Below the pieces are notes generated by a model, which did not search any database, was not told the origin of the DNA, and worked only from the letters and a program-made list of their open reading frames with translations. A stretch of 63,095 bases of DNA, counting the filler, from Chrysochromulina tobinii (taxonomy: Eukaryota): NCBI GenBank assembly GCA_001275005.1. It is 7 parts of 7 records of this genome, joined end to end, with 100 filler letters (N's around TTAATTAATTAA, not from the genome) between each part and the next. Parts side by side here need not be neighbours in the genome. Positions count along the whole stretch, not along the records: positions 1 to 6,700 come from JWZX01000832.1; positions 6,801 to 22,642 come from JWZX01000833.1; 5 more parts are not named here. The stretch is one strand, 5' to 3'. Position 1 is the first letter of the stretch, and every line of letters starts with the position of its first letter. The position numbers and the translations under genes are program-made. Below, piece by piece: positions 1 to 11,339 of the stretch.

Positions 1-583
1 GGCTCGGCCTCATAAAACTGCGTGGGCGCTATCAACATGAGGCGACGAACAAGCCAGTCCGATCTGCAGCTTATACACGACATCATGGTGCTTCAATTCT
101 TGCGCTCGCGCTGCTCAGTCACCTCGTGTATTCGCGTGGCCTCGTGCGCTCACCAACCGGGCAGCTAGCAAGCGCGGTGCTGGCAACCTTTCATGGCGGC
201 GCGGTTGCCAGCTTCACGCATGCCTGGCTGTCAGGAGGTGAGCTACCTTTTATCAAGATTCTCACCACGAGCGCGTGCTCGGGCCGCACCCCCGTCACGA
301 ACTCGAGAGCTTCGACGGGACGGGTCTGCCTTACGTGCCCGTGGAAAATCTTGGCCGCCGGCAGCGCGAACATGAGCGAGAGCATTGACACCAGACCCTG
401 TACACCCTCCCACGAGTGATGACAAGACCTGGCCGATGACAAGACCCGAGGGCGAAGCACGAAGTCAAGAAAAGTCAAGTCATCAAGTCAAGTTGCGGAC
501 GAGCGATTTCAATCGGGTCCGTACTGATCTGATAGAAACTATGTGGAGCTGCGAACTGGACTGTTCCGTTCCGGGTATCGGAA

Positions 584-3127
584 TTGTGTTTTCTCGGGCG
601 ATCTCGGTTGGTGCCGCTGGTGCCTGCTGCGCTGCGCGGCAGCGACGCGGGCTGGCGGCATGCTGACGCCGATCGTGTGCGCTGCGATGGCTTGCTCAAC
701 GGCCACCTGGAGCCGATTCGGGAGCTGCAGTGGCGACCCGCCGAAGGGATGCTCAGCGTTCGGTGCGCCCTTGGGTGGTGCGGCAGCGGCGATGGACTCT
801 GTGGGACGGGAGTTGACGTGGCGATGGGTTCGACTGTGTACATCTGGCAGCTGCAGGCGGGGCGGCTGGCTCGGGTGCTACGCGGGCCCGAAGCTCGGCC
901 TCACCTCGAAGCGATGGCCCTCGCGCCTCTCTCGCAGAGCGTGCCGGAGCTCGCAATCTCGCGTGAGCTGCGCTCCACCTCCTCCAACCGCGTGCTTGAG
1001 AATGTGCGCATCGGCCTCGGCGGCACGAACGCGCCGCTGCATGCCCTTCTCTTCAATGTCAAGCGACTCGCGCTCGAGGCCAAGCGCTCGGCGATTGAGC
1101 GTGAGCGCTCGTATCAGCTGGGGCCCTCACCTCGCGCGCCGCGCCGCCAGAGCCGCGAGATGTTCACAAGCGAGATCTTCACAGCCCTCGACGGGGAGGA
1201 CGCGAAGGAGCTCGAGGTGCGCCGTGAGGCACGCAGCACGCAGCCCCGAGGGCTGGCCGCTCAAGAACAGAAGGAGGGCGCTGCTGCGGCCGCCGGCGCG
1301 GGTGCTCACCACGGCGCGGTCGCCACCCCCTTCACGCTGCCCGAAAACCTCGAGCCACTGCTCGAGTCGATCTCCAAGGACGAGGGCCTAGGGCCGAGTA
1401 GCGCCGATGCCTCCAGCAGCAAGCCTGGCGAGGTCGATAGCGCTGCGCCCTCGTCGACGGTTCAGCCATTGTCGAAGCTGCTCGTGGAGAGCGACCATGG
1501 CAAACGTGCGACCTTGGAGGCTGTGAAGAGCCGGGGCCCGCGCCCCTCGGACGTAGTCGCGTGCCAGTCGGCCCTGTCCTACATGACCTGCTGGGGCGTG
1601 GACCCGGCCTTCGACGCCGAGTGCAGCGACGTCATCGGGTTGCGGCCGCCCGTGCCCCAGGTGACCTTTGGTGTGCGGGGCCACGGGGGCAACTTCTCCT
1701 TCCTCACGCCATGCGCGCATACCCGCCACCATCGGTGGCAGTGCTCATCGCACCTGACGGCGCTGCACTCGATCGCGGCGGTCACGCTCGCAAACACGCT
1801 CATGATGTGCCCGGGGTACGACGACGTACGAAACGCATGCTCCTCGCTCGTGACGCACTTTTCGGTGGTGCTGCCCGAGAAGCTGCCACTCTTTTGCGCG
1901 CCCTCGCTCTCGCTGCTCGCGAGCCACTACGTCGACCCTGTCGAGGAGGTGCAGCAAGCAGCTCGCGCGCTCATGGAGGGCACCCTGCACCGGATGAAGC
2001 CCGAGGTGCGGCAGCAGCTTGTGGCAGCGTGGGCGCCGCGCGTGCTGCGGCTCGCGGAGCCGGTGCGTCGCGCGAGCACCGCCGCCGCCGCCGGGTCTAA
2101 GGAAGTGCGTGTCGTGGCCGAGGACCTCAGCTCGCCACAGGGCGTTTCGGTCCTCGTGCTCGCGGTGCTCACTTCGCGCTTCTTCACGCCACTCGACGCG
2201 GAGCTCTCGACGATCGTGGTCAACCAGCTCACCGCGCTGCTTGATCACCCGTCCGAGCTCCACCGCACCGCCGCTGCCGAGCTGCTTGGCAAGGGCTACC
2301 CTATTTGGAAGGCGCACGTCGCCGACCCGCCGACGCTCATCCGCACGCTCTTCCTCCTCTCGGCCGCCACCTCCAATCTGCCGCCGAGCCCGCCCGCCGC
2401 GACCGCCAAGGACGCCGCGCCGCCGCTCGCCTCGCCTGCCGCGCCCAACCGGTTTCAAGCGGCGTTGCTTGCGGTGGGCTCCTCGGAGCCGCGCGCCTTT
2501 TGCCGCGCCATGGGTGAACATGCGGCCTTCATGAGCCACCCAGCCCATGTGCGGCGGGCGGCGGTGAACGCGCTCATCTCGCTCGTCAAGGCGCGCGGTG
2601 TCTCTCTCGAGGCCGAGCTGCCGACGGTGGTCGCGGCCGTCCTCCGCCCGCTCGACCCGTCGGTGCCCTCCTTGCGCGAGGGGTGCCTCGTCGCAAGCAC
2701 GACCGCGCTGCGCGAGCTCGTCAAGCGCTACCCGATGATGGCCTTTCATCAGGGCACGCAGCGGCTCGCAGTCGGGACGATCGAGGGCGTCGTCATCCTT
2801 TATGACATGCGCACCGCGACCAAGTGGCGCATCCTGCAGGGGCACGAGCATGCCGTCACGTGCCTCGCCTTCTCGGCCGCTGGCGACCTCGTCGCCTCCG
2901 TCTCGACCGAGGAGCGCACGCTTCGCTGGTGGCTCGCGGGCTCACAAGGCTTCTTTGGCTTCATTGGGCTGCATGGCTCGTGCCTACACACGACGACCGT
3001 CGATGAGTTCGCTCACGCCGACACCGCCGACGACGCCGCCGCGCTGAGGATCGAGTGGGCGTCGGCCAATTCGGTGACCCTCACGAGCAACCGCCGGATG
3101 CTCGCCACGTACACGAAGCCGAGCTGA
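584..3127 (+). CDS. WDR7: WDR7/WDR72 (rabconnectin-3 beta)-like WD40 protein, middle and C-terminal part; 5' end unclear
   Basis: GHLEPIRELQWRP...VYIWQLQAGRLAR and C-terminal RYPMMAFHQGTQRLAVGT..G.VILYDMRT...LQGH..AVTCLAFS resemble WDR7 motifs; the ORF starts at a non-ATG codon. Confidence 0.75.
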   Translation: MCFLGRSRLVPLVPAALRGSDAGWRHADADRVRCDGLLNGHLEPIRELQWRPAEGMLSVRCALGWCGSGDGLCGTGVDVAMGSTVYIWQLQAGRLARVLRGPEARPHLEAMALAPLSQSVPELAISRELRSTSSNRVLENVRIGLGGTNAPLHALLFNVKRLALEAKRSAIERERSYQLGPSPRAPRRQSREMFTSEIFTALDGEDAKELEVRREARSTQPRGLAAQEQKEGAAAAAGAGAHHGAVATPFTLPENLEPLLESISKDEGLGPSSADASSSKPGEVDSAAPSSTVQPLSKLLVESDHGKRATLEAVKSRGPRPSDVVACQSALSYMTCWGVDPAFDAECSDVIGLRPPVPQVTFGVRGHGGNFSFLTPCAHTRHHRWQCSSHLTALHSIAAVTLANTLMMCPGYDDVRNACSSLVTHFSVVLPEKLPLFCAPSLSLLASHYVDPVEEVQQAARALMEGTLHRMKPEVRQQLVAAWAPRVLRLAEPVRRASTAAAAGSKEVRVVAEDLSSPQGVSVLVLAVLTSRFFTPLDAELSTIVVNQLTALLDHPSELHRTAAAELLGKGYPIWKAHVADPPTLIRTLFLLSAATSNLPPSPPAATAKDAAPPLASPAAPNRFQAALLAVGSSEPRAFCRAMGEHAAFMSHPAHVRRAAVNALISLVKARGVSLEAELPTVVAAVLRPLDPSVPSLREGCLVASTTALRELVKRYPMMAFHQGTQRLAVGTIEGVVILYDMRTATKWRILQGHEHAVTCLAFSAAGDLVASVSTEERTLRWWLAGSQGFFGFIGLHGSCLHTTTVDEFAHADTADDAAALRIEWASANSVTLTSNRRMLATYTKPS

Positions 3128-3278
3128 GCTCTATCCGGCACCCCGGGCGGCTCTTACGACCTGTATTTGCATGAACGAGTCCAAGGGGAAACATTAGGAA
3201 TTCGTCACACTGTTTTTCGAAGCGGTGTGAAAGCAAATCTGCACGCGCTCGGCTCTCGGAGATCTATTGCAGGCTCTG

Positions 3279-3763
3279 ATGATGAACTACCATGCGCTTC
3301 ACACTGCGCTGCTCTTCCTGATCGCGTTCATCGCACCGGCCGCGGTGAGTGCCTATCACTAGATCTTCTCGATTGCCACCGCTCTATTCACCCTGTTTCA
3401 TCACTGCCTTCGCTGAAACTCTTGTGGCTGTGGTCTCTCTCACAGGCCTTGGCCATTCCGGCCTTGCGCTCCAAAACGCCAGCTGTGTGCGCGAACGAGC
3501 CGATCGTGCGAACCAGCAAGCTGGCCATGCAGTGCGTCTCACGGCGCATGCTCATCGGCGCCACCGCCGCGTTTGCTTTCGCCTCGGCGTCTCATGCACG
3601 GAGCTGCGATTGCACTGGCTGTACAGGCTCCCATGCGCGACCCTGCGATTGCCCACTGCACCGCGACGGCCACAAGAGCTCCCACGAGAAAGCCCACACG
3701 GTCAACTGTGGCTGCGCGTCGTGTGCCTCGCACGGGGCGGGATGTGGCTGCGGTAAGTGCTAA
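3279..3763 (+). CDS. Small Cys/His-rich metallothionein-like protein with signal, transit and twin-arginine-like presequence; exons 3279-3344 and 3446-3763
   Basis: ATG at 3279 encodes MMNYHALHTALLFLIAFIAPAA; a GTGAGT..CACAG intron (3345-3445) joins in frame to ALAIPALRSK...VSRRMLIGATAAFAFASASHA-RSCDCTGC...CGCASCASHGAGCGCGKC*. Confidence 0.6.
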
Positions 3764-4407
3764 TTCAGCATTAGCTCTCTTGCACAGCAGCCACTAATGC
3801 ATGCTGCAAGGCAGCCACTATTGGAGCATGCGCAAGCCCACTAAGTTCCCGCGCACGTGCCCTGCGGGTGCGTGCGGTGATGTGGTGCCGTGCATCCGCG
3901 TTGGCGCTCCATAGACTATTCCTGGGTTTGCGGCTTTATAGCCGTAGAGCGTAGAGCGTCAGACCCACTTGCTTAACATGCGATGTAGCGGCTCCGTACG
4001 GTATTATGAAATTATTGTATGCCATATTGGAACGTTCAGCGGTCTTGCAGAGCGATGAGTTTCAGCTTGCGGTCGGTCGATGAGCATCAATCACCACCAA
4101 AGTAACGCACAATTCTACGTTATAATCAAAAATCGAGATACATGATTCGAGAGTGCCGAGCTCCCGCCGGGGGCCGCGTCCGAAAGCGCGCAATCCGCAG
4201 AATCGTAGCGGGGAATGCGAGCTCCCGCAGCTCGCCGACGAATGATCGGATTGAATTGAGAGTTTCATGTATTTCATATTATCGTAACGATTCGTCCTTG
4301 AATCAGAACTCAGACACACGTGGGACACCCGCGGGTCGCTTCCGGCTGCCTCGGTGAACGGATTTCGTGCGGCGCTGCGTGTTGCGGGCAGTGCGTGGCT
4401 GTGCCTC

Positions 4408-5631
4408 TCACTGCTCTACCCACGGGTGCTCCTCGAGGTCGATCCAAACCTCTGAGCGGCGTGCCCCGAAGGAGTTGAGCGCATCGAATTGGGCGAGCCG
4501 GAACTGCTCCTCCGGCACGCCGTCGGAGGGCTTGAGACCGTCCTCGCGCAGCCGCTTAGCGAGCAGCGCATGGTAACCACGGACGATCGGTTCGGTCGTC
4601 GGGTCCGAGAACTTGTAGCACGCAACCACGCGCGAGGGCACGAGCTCGAGCTCGCACGCGCCCATGAGCCGTTCCGTCGGCTGCGGCGGCGCAGGCTCAC
4701 GCATCGCGGGGACAGCCATGGGCCATCGCATCACCTTCGGTTTCTCGCTTGGTTTGAGGTCGAGCGCGTCGTCGGTGATCTGCGCGAGCGTGCGCGAGTC
4801 CTGCTGCACGCTCATGAGCGACGGCACGTACGCCTTCAGCGCCTTCTCCTGCTCATTCGCGCCGTTGGTGTACGCACCGAGAGTCCCGAAGGCGTCGATT
4901 CGCCGGTAATAGTTGGTGGAGACGGCCACGTGCTGCGGATAGCGGCGGACCTCGTAGTCCTTTGCGCGGCGCAGCAGCACGTAGGGCAGCTCCTTGTCCG
5001 ATGCCTGCCTGGCGCCCGAACCGCTCGGCTGCAGCTGTCCCACAAAGTCTTTGAGCGCGTCCAATTTCGAGACAGCCGCGTACGCCCCGCCTTTCTGAAG
5101 GTTGATGCTGTCCCAATAGTCCTGCTGCGCGAGCACGCGCTTGTTGGCGTCGAGCGTGTATTTGCTCACGCCCGTGAACTGGGCGAGCGGCGCCCATGGC
5201 AGCAGCTTGAAGCGGAACTGCAGCGTCCAGCGCGTCTGCAGGCCCGTCGGCGTCTCCTTGATGCCATGCATCGCAAGCCCGCAGTCGGTGAAGCACGCCT
5301 TGCCCAGGGGCGTCTTGCCGGCTAGCATGTCTACATTGTTCTTGTACTTCTCGAGGCCGGTGAAGGATATGAGCGGGTCTGCAAATGAGACTTCCGGGTT
5401 GTAAAACTCGGGCAGCAGCGGCTGAAAAAAGCTGTCGTACTCCTTTCTCAGGCCCTCCATGAGCTTTGCAACTGCTGACTTTTGCTCGGCCGCGACGGCA
5501 AAGGAGCCCGGGTCGATCATGAGAGTGGCCGGGTCTGACCGACGAGACGAACGGCGTGACACGCCGAGACGAACGGGCAAGCTCTGCGCCGAGGCCCAGC
5601 CAGCAGCTGCCAAGTGGGTCGTGTGCATCAT
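4408..5631 (-). CDS. SOUL haem-binding protein with N-terminal NTF2/SnoaL-like (DUF2358) domain, probably plastid
   Basis: FYNPEVSFADPLISFTGLEKY...RWTL...LLPW...FTGVSKY...QQDYW, then YEVRRYP...FGTLGAYTNGANE...RRSEVWIDL. Confidence 0.85.
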   Translation of the reverse strand: MMHTTHLAAAGWASAQSLPVRLGVSRRSSRRSDPATLMIDPGSFAVAAEQKSAVAKLMEGLRKEYDSFFQPLLPEFYNPEVSFADPLISFTGLEKYKNNVDMLAGKTPLGKACFTDCGLAMHGIKETPTGLQTRWTLQFRFKLLPWAPLAQFTGVSKYTLDANKRVLAQQDYWDSINLQKGGAYAAVSKLDALKDFVGQLQPSGSGARQASDKELPYVLLRRAKDYEVRRYPQHVAVSTNYYRRIDAFGTLGAYTNGANEQEKALKAYVPSLMSVQQDSRTLAQITDDALDLKPSEKPKVMRWPMAVPAMREPAPPQPTERLMGACELELVPSRVVACYKFSDPTTEPIVRGYHALLAKRLREDGLKPSDGVPEEQFRLAQFDALNSFGARRSEVWIDLEEHPWVEQ

Positions 5632-6700
5632 CTCAGCGCGAAAGTGCCGCGGAATCTTCGCGTCCGAAAAGTTAGTTTCATTCACAACGGGGAATACCAG
5701 TGCCGTAGCACCGGCTGTCGCGTCTGTCGTGTTAACGTTCACACCAACACAGTTAGATTCGTGGGAAAGAGTGACTACTTGAGTAGTAGTGAGTAACTTT
5801 AGGCGTCGCACGCGGAGTGCACAGAGAGCTTCGACAGACGAGCAGCCCCCGACTCACGCCTGAGGAGAAAAGCGCGCTCCGCGGGAAGCGATCGCTATTC
5901 CTCAAACGGGATGCGAGCGCGGCCAGAGCTGATTGCGATCGCAATCAGCTCGGGCGCGGTGCCACGCTCCAGGGGCCGCAAGCCAGGGCAGGGCCACACA
6001 CAGGGGGCACACACTAACACAAGACGGCAGGGACCGTCTAACAGAGCAGCCTCAGTACAGCGTCAGGCATTTCCTTCGGACGAGATTCACGCTGATGTGT
6101 CTGTTCACGACGAAAGAGATGTGGGGTCGACTACTTGTACGCGACGAGGAACGGTCACCCGCCCGCGCGGCTCAGCCGATTTGCGTGCGCGCCTTCAAGA
6201 AGCGCTTCATCGCGTCGTGCGCTCTGCGCATCCGCCCTCACAGCGAGCAAGCACTGTGACTGTCTTCCCTCGGGTGCGTGTTTCGCAGGGGTGAGTTTCG
6301 ACCAATAGTTCCTACCCGGTTGTATCAATCTTCAAACTTCAATTATGGGTTGTATACGACACTCAGTGTGTCATCATGTACCCCTAAGTACCCCGGGCCG
6401 CGTGTAGGCCCCATTACAATAGTATACTTATGGGGCAATGGGTAGGCACCACTAAACTAGTCGCGGACCGACGGGGGGCGGGGCGCGTACTTCCCTCATG
6501 GGGCAACTTGATTACGAACTAAACAGCATCTAACCCGGATCTGTGCGGAGACGGATTGGCGGGTGTGGCGTGAAGCTGCAACGCCTGAAGGGCGAAGTGG
6601 ATGACCCAATCCCCCCTTCGTAACATGGGCGATGTCACACAGTGTGAATTCACAGTGCACAGAGCGGCGCTAGCACCGAGCGCCTCCCCACATAATTGGT

Positions 6701-6800
6701 NNNNNNNNNNNNNNNNNNNNNNNNNNNNNNNNNNNNNNNNNNNNTTAATTAATTAANNNNNNNNNNNNNNNNNNNNNNNNNNNNNNNNNNNNNNNNNNNN
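6701..6800. other. Artificial scaffold linker (also at 22643-22742, 33272-33371, 44274-44373, 50925-51024, 60986-61085)
   Basis: Identical 100-nt N44-TTAATTAATTAA-N44 blocks with stops in all six frames. Confidence 0.97.
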
Positions 6801-8441
6801 CGCCGACAAGCCGGTGCCCGCCTCGCCTGCGGCTGTGGTCGCCGCTCTACCCTTCTTCGCCTTCTTCTTCGCCTTCTTGGACGCCTTTGCGGCCTCCGCT
6901 TCGGCTCTCGCTTCCTCTTCAGCGATCAGGCGTGCCATCATCGCGTCGGCGCGCGCCTGCTCGTCCTCGCGCGAGAGGCCGCCTCGAGCGCCGCCAGCCA
7001 CGACGGACGTGACACCTGCACTGGACGCTGCTGCCGCGCATGATGAGGCGATGTGCTGAGTCGCAGCCACAAACCCAAGTTGGCACTGCGCCGAGGCATC
7101 GCCCTGGTCCGCAGCGAGCTTGAACAGTGCCGCGGCCCGCTTATCATCTTGGGCCACACCGCGTCCCTCACGGTGCATGTCCCCAAGTAAGCACTGCGCC
7201 ACGGCAAGGCCCTGGTCCGCAGCGAGCTTGAACAGCGCCGCGGCCCGCTTATCATCTTGGGCCACACCACGTCCGTCAAGGTGCATGACTCCAAGTGCGC
7301 ACTGCGCTGCAGCATCGCCCTGGTCCGCAGCGAGCTTTGTCAGCTCTGCGGCCCGCTTATCATCTTGGGCCACACCGCGTCCCTCACAGTGCATGCGTGC
7401 AAGTGCGCACTGAGCAAAGGCATCGCCCTGGTCCGCAGCGAGCTTGTACAGCGCCGCGGCCCGCTTATCATCTTGGGCCACACCGCGTCCCTCACGGTGC
7501 ATGTCTCCAAGTGAGCACTGCGCCGGAGCATAGCCCTGGTCCGCAGCGAGCTTGTACAGTGCCGCAGCCCGCTTATAATCTTGGGCCACACCGCGTCCCT
7601 CATGGTGCATGGTTCCAAGTGAGTGCTGCGCCGCGGCATAGCCCTGGTCCGCAGCGAGCTTGAACAGTGCCGCAGCACGCTTATCATCTTGGGTCACTTC
7701 GCGCCCGTCACGGTGCATGTCACCAAGTGAGCACTGCGCCGCAGCATCGCCCTGGTCCGCAGCGAGCTTGAACAGCGCCGCAGCCCGCTTATCATCTTGG
7801 GCCACACCGAGTCCGTCACGGTGCAAGAGTCCAAGTAAGCACTGCGCCGCGGCATAGCCCTGGTCTGCAGCGAGCTTGAACAGCGCCGCAGCCCGCTTAT
7901 CATCTTGGGCCACACCGCGTCCATAACGGTGCATGTCTCCAAGTGAGCACTGCGCCAGAGCATAGCCCTGGTCTGCAGCGAGCTTGAACAGCGCCGCAGC
8001 ACGCTTATCATCTTGGGCCACACCGCGTCCGTCACGGTACATGAGTCCAAGTGAGCACTGCACCGCGGCATCGCCCTGGTCCACAGCGAGCTTGAACAGT
8101 GCCGCAGCCCGCATATCATCTTGGGCCACACCGCGTCCCTCACGGTGCAAGAGTCCAAGTGAGAACTGTGCCTTGGCATCGCCCTGGTCCGCAGCGAGCT
8201 TGTACAGCTCTGCGGCCCGCTTATCATCTTGGGCCACACCGCGTCCGTGACGGTGCATGAGTCCAAGTGAGAACTGTGCCTTGGCATCGCCCTGGTCCGC
8301 AGCGAGCTTGTACAGCTCTGCGGCCCGCTTATCATCTTGGGCCACACCGCGTCCGTCACTGTGCATGTCTCCAAGTAAGCACTGTGCCGCAGCATCGCCC
8401 TGGTCCGCAGCGAGCTTGAGCCTCTGCAGGTCGCTTATCAT
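6801..8441 (-). CDS. Sel1-like repeat protein (12 full 36-aa repeats); 3' end runs into gap
   Basis: Repeats of AQxxLGxMHxxGRGVAQDDKRAAxLFKLAADQG in 108-bp units, followed by an ADAMMARLIAEEE..KKAKKK coil. Confidence 0.92.
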
Positions 8442-8861
8442 TTTGTCTAAATTTCCAAAATAGGAAACGCGAATTCCGCACAGGAATTCTCTTCGGCGGA
8501 ATTATCTCCACAAGCAACACATATGAAGCATGAACCTCGTGTAGGAAACTGAAACTCTATGGACGACGGTCGACGAAACCGCGAGAGGGCGCGAGGTACG
8601 CTGGCGCCTCCCGCCTCGCGGCAACGGCTGACCTCCCTGTTCACGCTTCACCTCACTCTGAACCAAACTTCCAACACAATAACATCGCCGAACTCCAGGG
8701 ACGACCTTTTCAACTGTGAGTTGGTGCGGGAGCACGCTCCGGCTCACACAGCCATCCAAACCGCCGACGCCCAGACCATCCTCAACGCCGCCAGCGCGCG
8801 CAGGGGTCACACAGCCGTTTCACACAGAGCTGTGGCCGAACACTTCTTGTACAATAGTAAC

Positions 8862-10879
8862 ATGGCGAAAGAGGTCCGTCGTTCCTTTGTGGTGCGAGTG
8901 ATTCAAGAAGGGGTGCGAGACGCCTCGATCACGAGCCAGTACCGTGCGGACGAGTCCGGCGGATGGATCTGGGAGGCGTCGAATGTGTGCGAGGCGGCGA
9001 TCGTCAAGCTTTGCACGGCCAAGGATTGGGAGGACATGCGCGTGCTGGAGCTCGGCTGTGGCACGGGGTGGCTCGCGCTGCGCGTTGCACGGCTCGGTGC
9101 GAGAGTCACGGCCACCGACCGTGGGTGCCGTGTTGCCGCGGCCACCCTCAACGTGCTTCGCAACCAGAAGCGCGCCTTCACGGCGGACGGCGAGCAGTCG
9201 CTACGCGTGGCGGTGGTGGCGCTCGACTGGGAGGAGGAGCGAGCCGCGGCGATGAGCGCGGACGCCGCCACCGCTTCCGAGGTCGACACAGGCGACGAGG
9301 GCGACGAGCTGCGCGGCAGATTCGATCTCGTCATCGGCTCGGACCTCATCTACAATCGCGAGATGCACGAGCCGTTGCTCGCGACTCTGCGCCGGCGTGC
9401 GCCCGACGGAACGCCGTGCGTGCTTTCGTGGGAGGAGCGCAAGCCGCACGAGGAGGCCGCCTTCCTCGCCCTCGCGCGCGAGCCTCGCTTCGGGTTTGCA
9501 TGCGAGCTCGCGCATCAGACGACCTCGACCGTCAACGGCCGGCCCATCTATGCATACTGCCTTCGACGAGCCTCGTCGTTGCCCCCGTGTTCGGTCGTAT
9601 CGCCGCGCCCGCATGTACCCGCACCGGTGGACAGTGCAACCTCGGCCTTCCACAGCTCATCCTTCCACAGTGCAACCTCGGCCTCGGAGAGTGCAACCTC
9701 GGCCTCGGAGAGTGCAACCTCGGCTTCGGAGAGTGCGACCTCGGCCTCGGAGAGTGCAACCTCGGCCTCGGAGAGTGCAACCTCGGCCTCGGAGAGTGCA
9801 ACCTCGGCCTCGGTGCCGCCCTCTGCGTGCACATCCTCCTCATCCTCGGGCCTGCTGCAGCTGCCCACCGAGCTGCTGCGCGCTGTGTTGAGCCAGCTGC
9901 TGAGCCCCTCTGATGTGCTGCGCGCCGGGAGCGTGTGCGTCGCCCTGTGGAGTGAGAGCCGCGCGGATGAGCTGTGGAAGGGGCTGATGGAGCGCCGCTG
10001 GCCTGCATGGACACTGCTCACAACGGCGTCGGCGACGGAGCAGGAGGGAGTACTCGAGGGGGAGGCCAGTGCGAGTGGCTACGCGCAGCTAACGGAGGAG
10101 GACGAGGAGCAGCGGCAGCAGGACGAGGCGCAGGAGAAGGAGGAGGAGAGGGGCGAGGCCACCACGTTCACCACAGGCGCTGCCGCTGCCTCCTCCTTGT
10201 CCTCCGATGACTCCTCCTCGGCGTTCGCTCTGTACATCCGCCGGCATCGAAGCGAGGGCCTCACAGTACGAGCCAGCGCCGTCTTGGTGCTTAAAGGCAC
10301 TGCGCACGACAGCTATGACGGCAACCGCACGCCGATGGACGTGGCGCTGTGCCGAGCGCCTCCAGGCGGCCTGTCGGCGCGCCTGGGAATCCCTTCGCAT
10401 GGGCTGCTGGCCGAGGTGAGCTTCCACGTCGGCAGCTTGGCACTGATGAGCCTCTGATGGCCAATGATTGCGTCCCTCCTCAGGTGAGCTTCCACGCCGG
10501 CAGCTTGCACAACGAGCCCGTGCGTAAGACGTGGCTCGGCGAGGTCGTCTCCATGCGCTCGAGCTCTGTGACGTCGTCGGCGACGGCGAGGGCAGTGGCC
10601 GTCGAGTGGCGTGAGCACAGCCCGACCTTCGGTCATTGGGTCTACGAAGGCACGATCGCCGCGGATGGACGCTCCATAAGAGGCCGCTTCTGGCTCAACG
10701 TGCTCCCGCGCAAATGTGGCACCTTTGAGTTGCATGCGTGCGACCCGTCTGGTGCCGAGGGGCCGGTGCCTAGCCCGCAGGCCCTCGCGACCCGGGTGCT
10801 GCTGCGCTGGGCTCATAAGGCGGTGGCCAAGAAGGCGGCGCAGTCGGAGGTGCTCGCCGAGGCCGCGCTGCTCGGATGA
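8862..10879 (+). CDS. METTL21/Methyltransf_16-type lysine methyltransferase fused to an F-box; exons 8862-10415 and 10484-10879
   Basis: GGWIWEAS, VLELGCGTG, LDW and FDLVIGSDLIY motifs; LLQLPTELLRAVLSQL..DVLRAGSVC..W...DELW F-box; phase-0 GT-AG intron joins ORF 8559 to ORF 10349. Confidence 0.8.
9669..9815 (+). repeat. 21-bp coding tandem repeat, about 7 copies (SATSASE)
   Basis: AGTGCAACCTCGGCCTCGGAG units read directly. Confidence 0.95.
10416..10483 (+). other. Intron whose first 24 nt duplicate the downstream exon start
   Basis: GTGAGCTTCCACGTCGGCAGCTTG vs GTGAGCTTCCACGCCGGCAGCTTG; ends GATTGCGTCCCTCCTCAG. Confidence 0.85.
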
Positions 10880-11339
10880 CGAGAGGTGTGGCGTACCAGC
10901 ACGGGCACGACGGCCGCCACGCGCGTTGAGACGATTGCAACAAAGTACCTGCCGTCGCTTGACACACGCTAATAAATGAATATCCACCGCACCCTCCGCA
11001 CACACACCGGCACACAAACACCTGCAAGAGCCAAGACTCACACGGAGAGGCAGGTGGCACGGCAGCTTTGAGTGCTGACGAGCGGAGTGACGCGCGTCCT
11101 CGAAAACTCGAATGCGTGAAGAGTGACGTTGAGTGTGTGTTGCGTGTGCTGCAATAGAGATCAAATTCCACAGTGGCCGTAGAATTCGCTGATGGGGGTG
11201 TCTCTCCCAAGATGCTGCAAGTGCTCGGCACGTGGCAGACACACGAGTCTCAGACCATCTCCTGGCCACTGTGGGAATTTGATCCTTGCTCATCTCCTGG
11301 CCATCTCAGACCATTTCAGACAATCTCCTGGCCCGGGCC

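Noticed and set aside
1745..2851. Long antisense or alternate-frame ORFs (e.g. 1745-2851, 18572-19765, 38699-39772, 52733-53962, 55781-56695)
   Set aside because: Shadow ORFs expected from high GC opposite well-supported genes; Arg/Ala-rich with no motifs.
4408..5631. SnoaL-like plus SOUL fusion as a novelty
   Set aside because: This architecture is already known from plant and algal plastid SOUL proteins.
5817..6294. Short plus-strand ORFs upstream of the SOUL gene
   Set aside because: No recognisable motifs or consistent frame.
6408..6461. GCCCCAT..ATGGGGC hairpin followed by CTAGT, a possible Helitron 3' end
   Set aside because: Short stem, atypical spacing, and no 5' end or Rep/helicase found.
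6745..6756. Recurrent TTAATTAATTAA motif
   Set aside because: Always centred in 100-nt N blocks, so it is an artificial contig linker. ORFs crossing these blocks are not real read-throughs.
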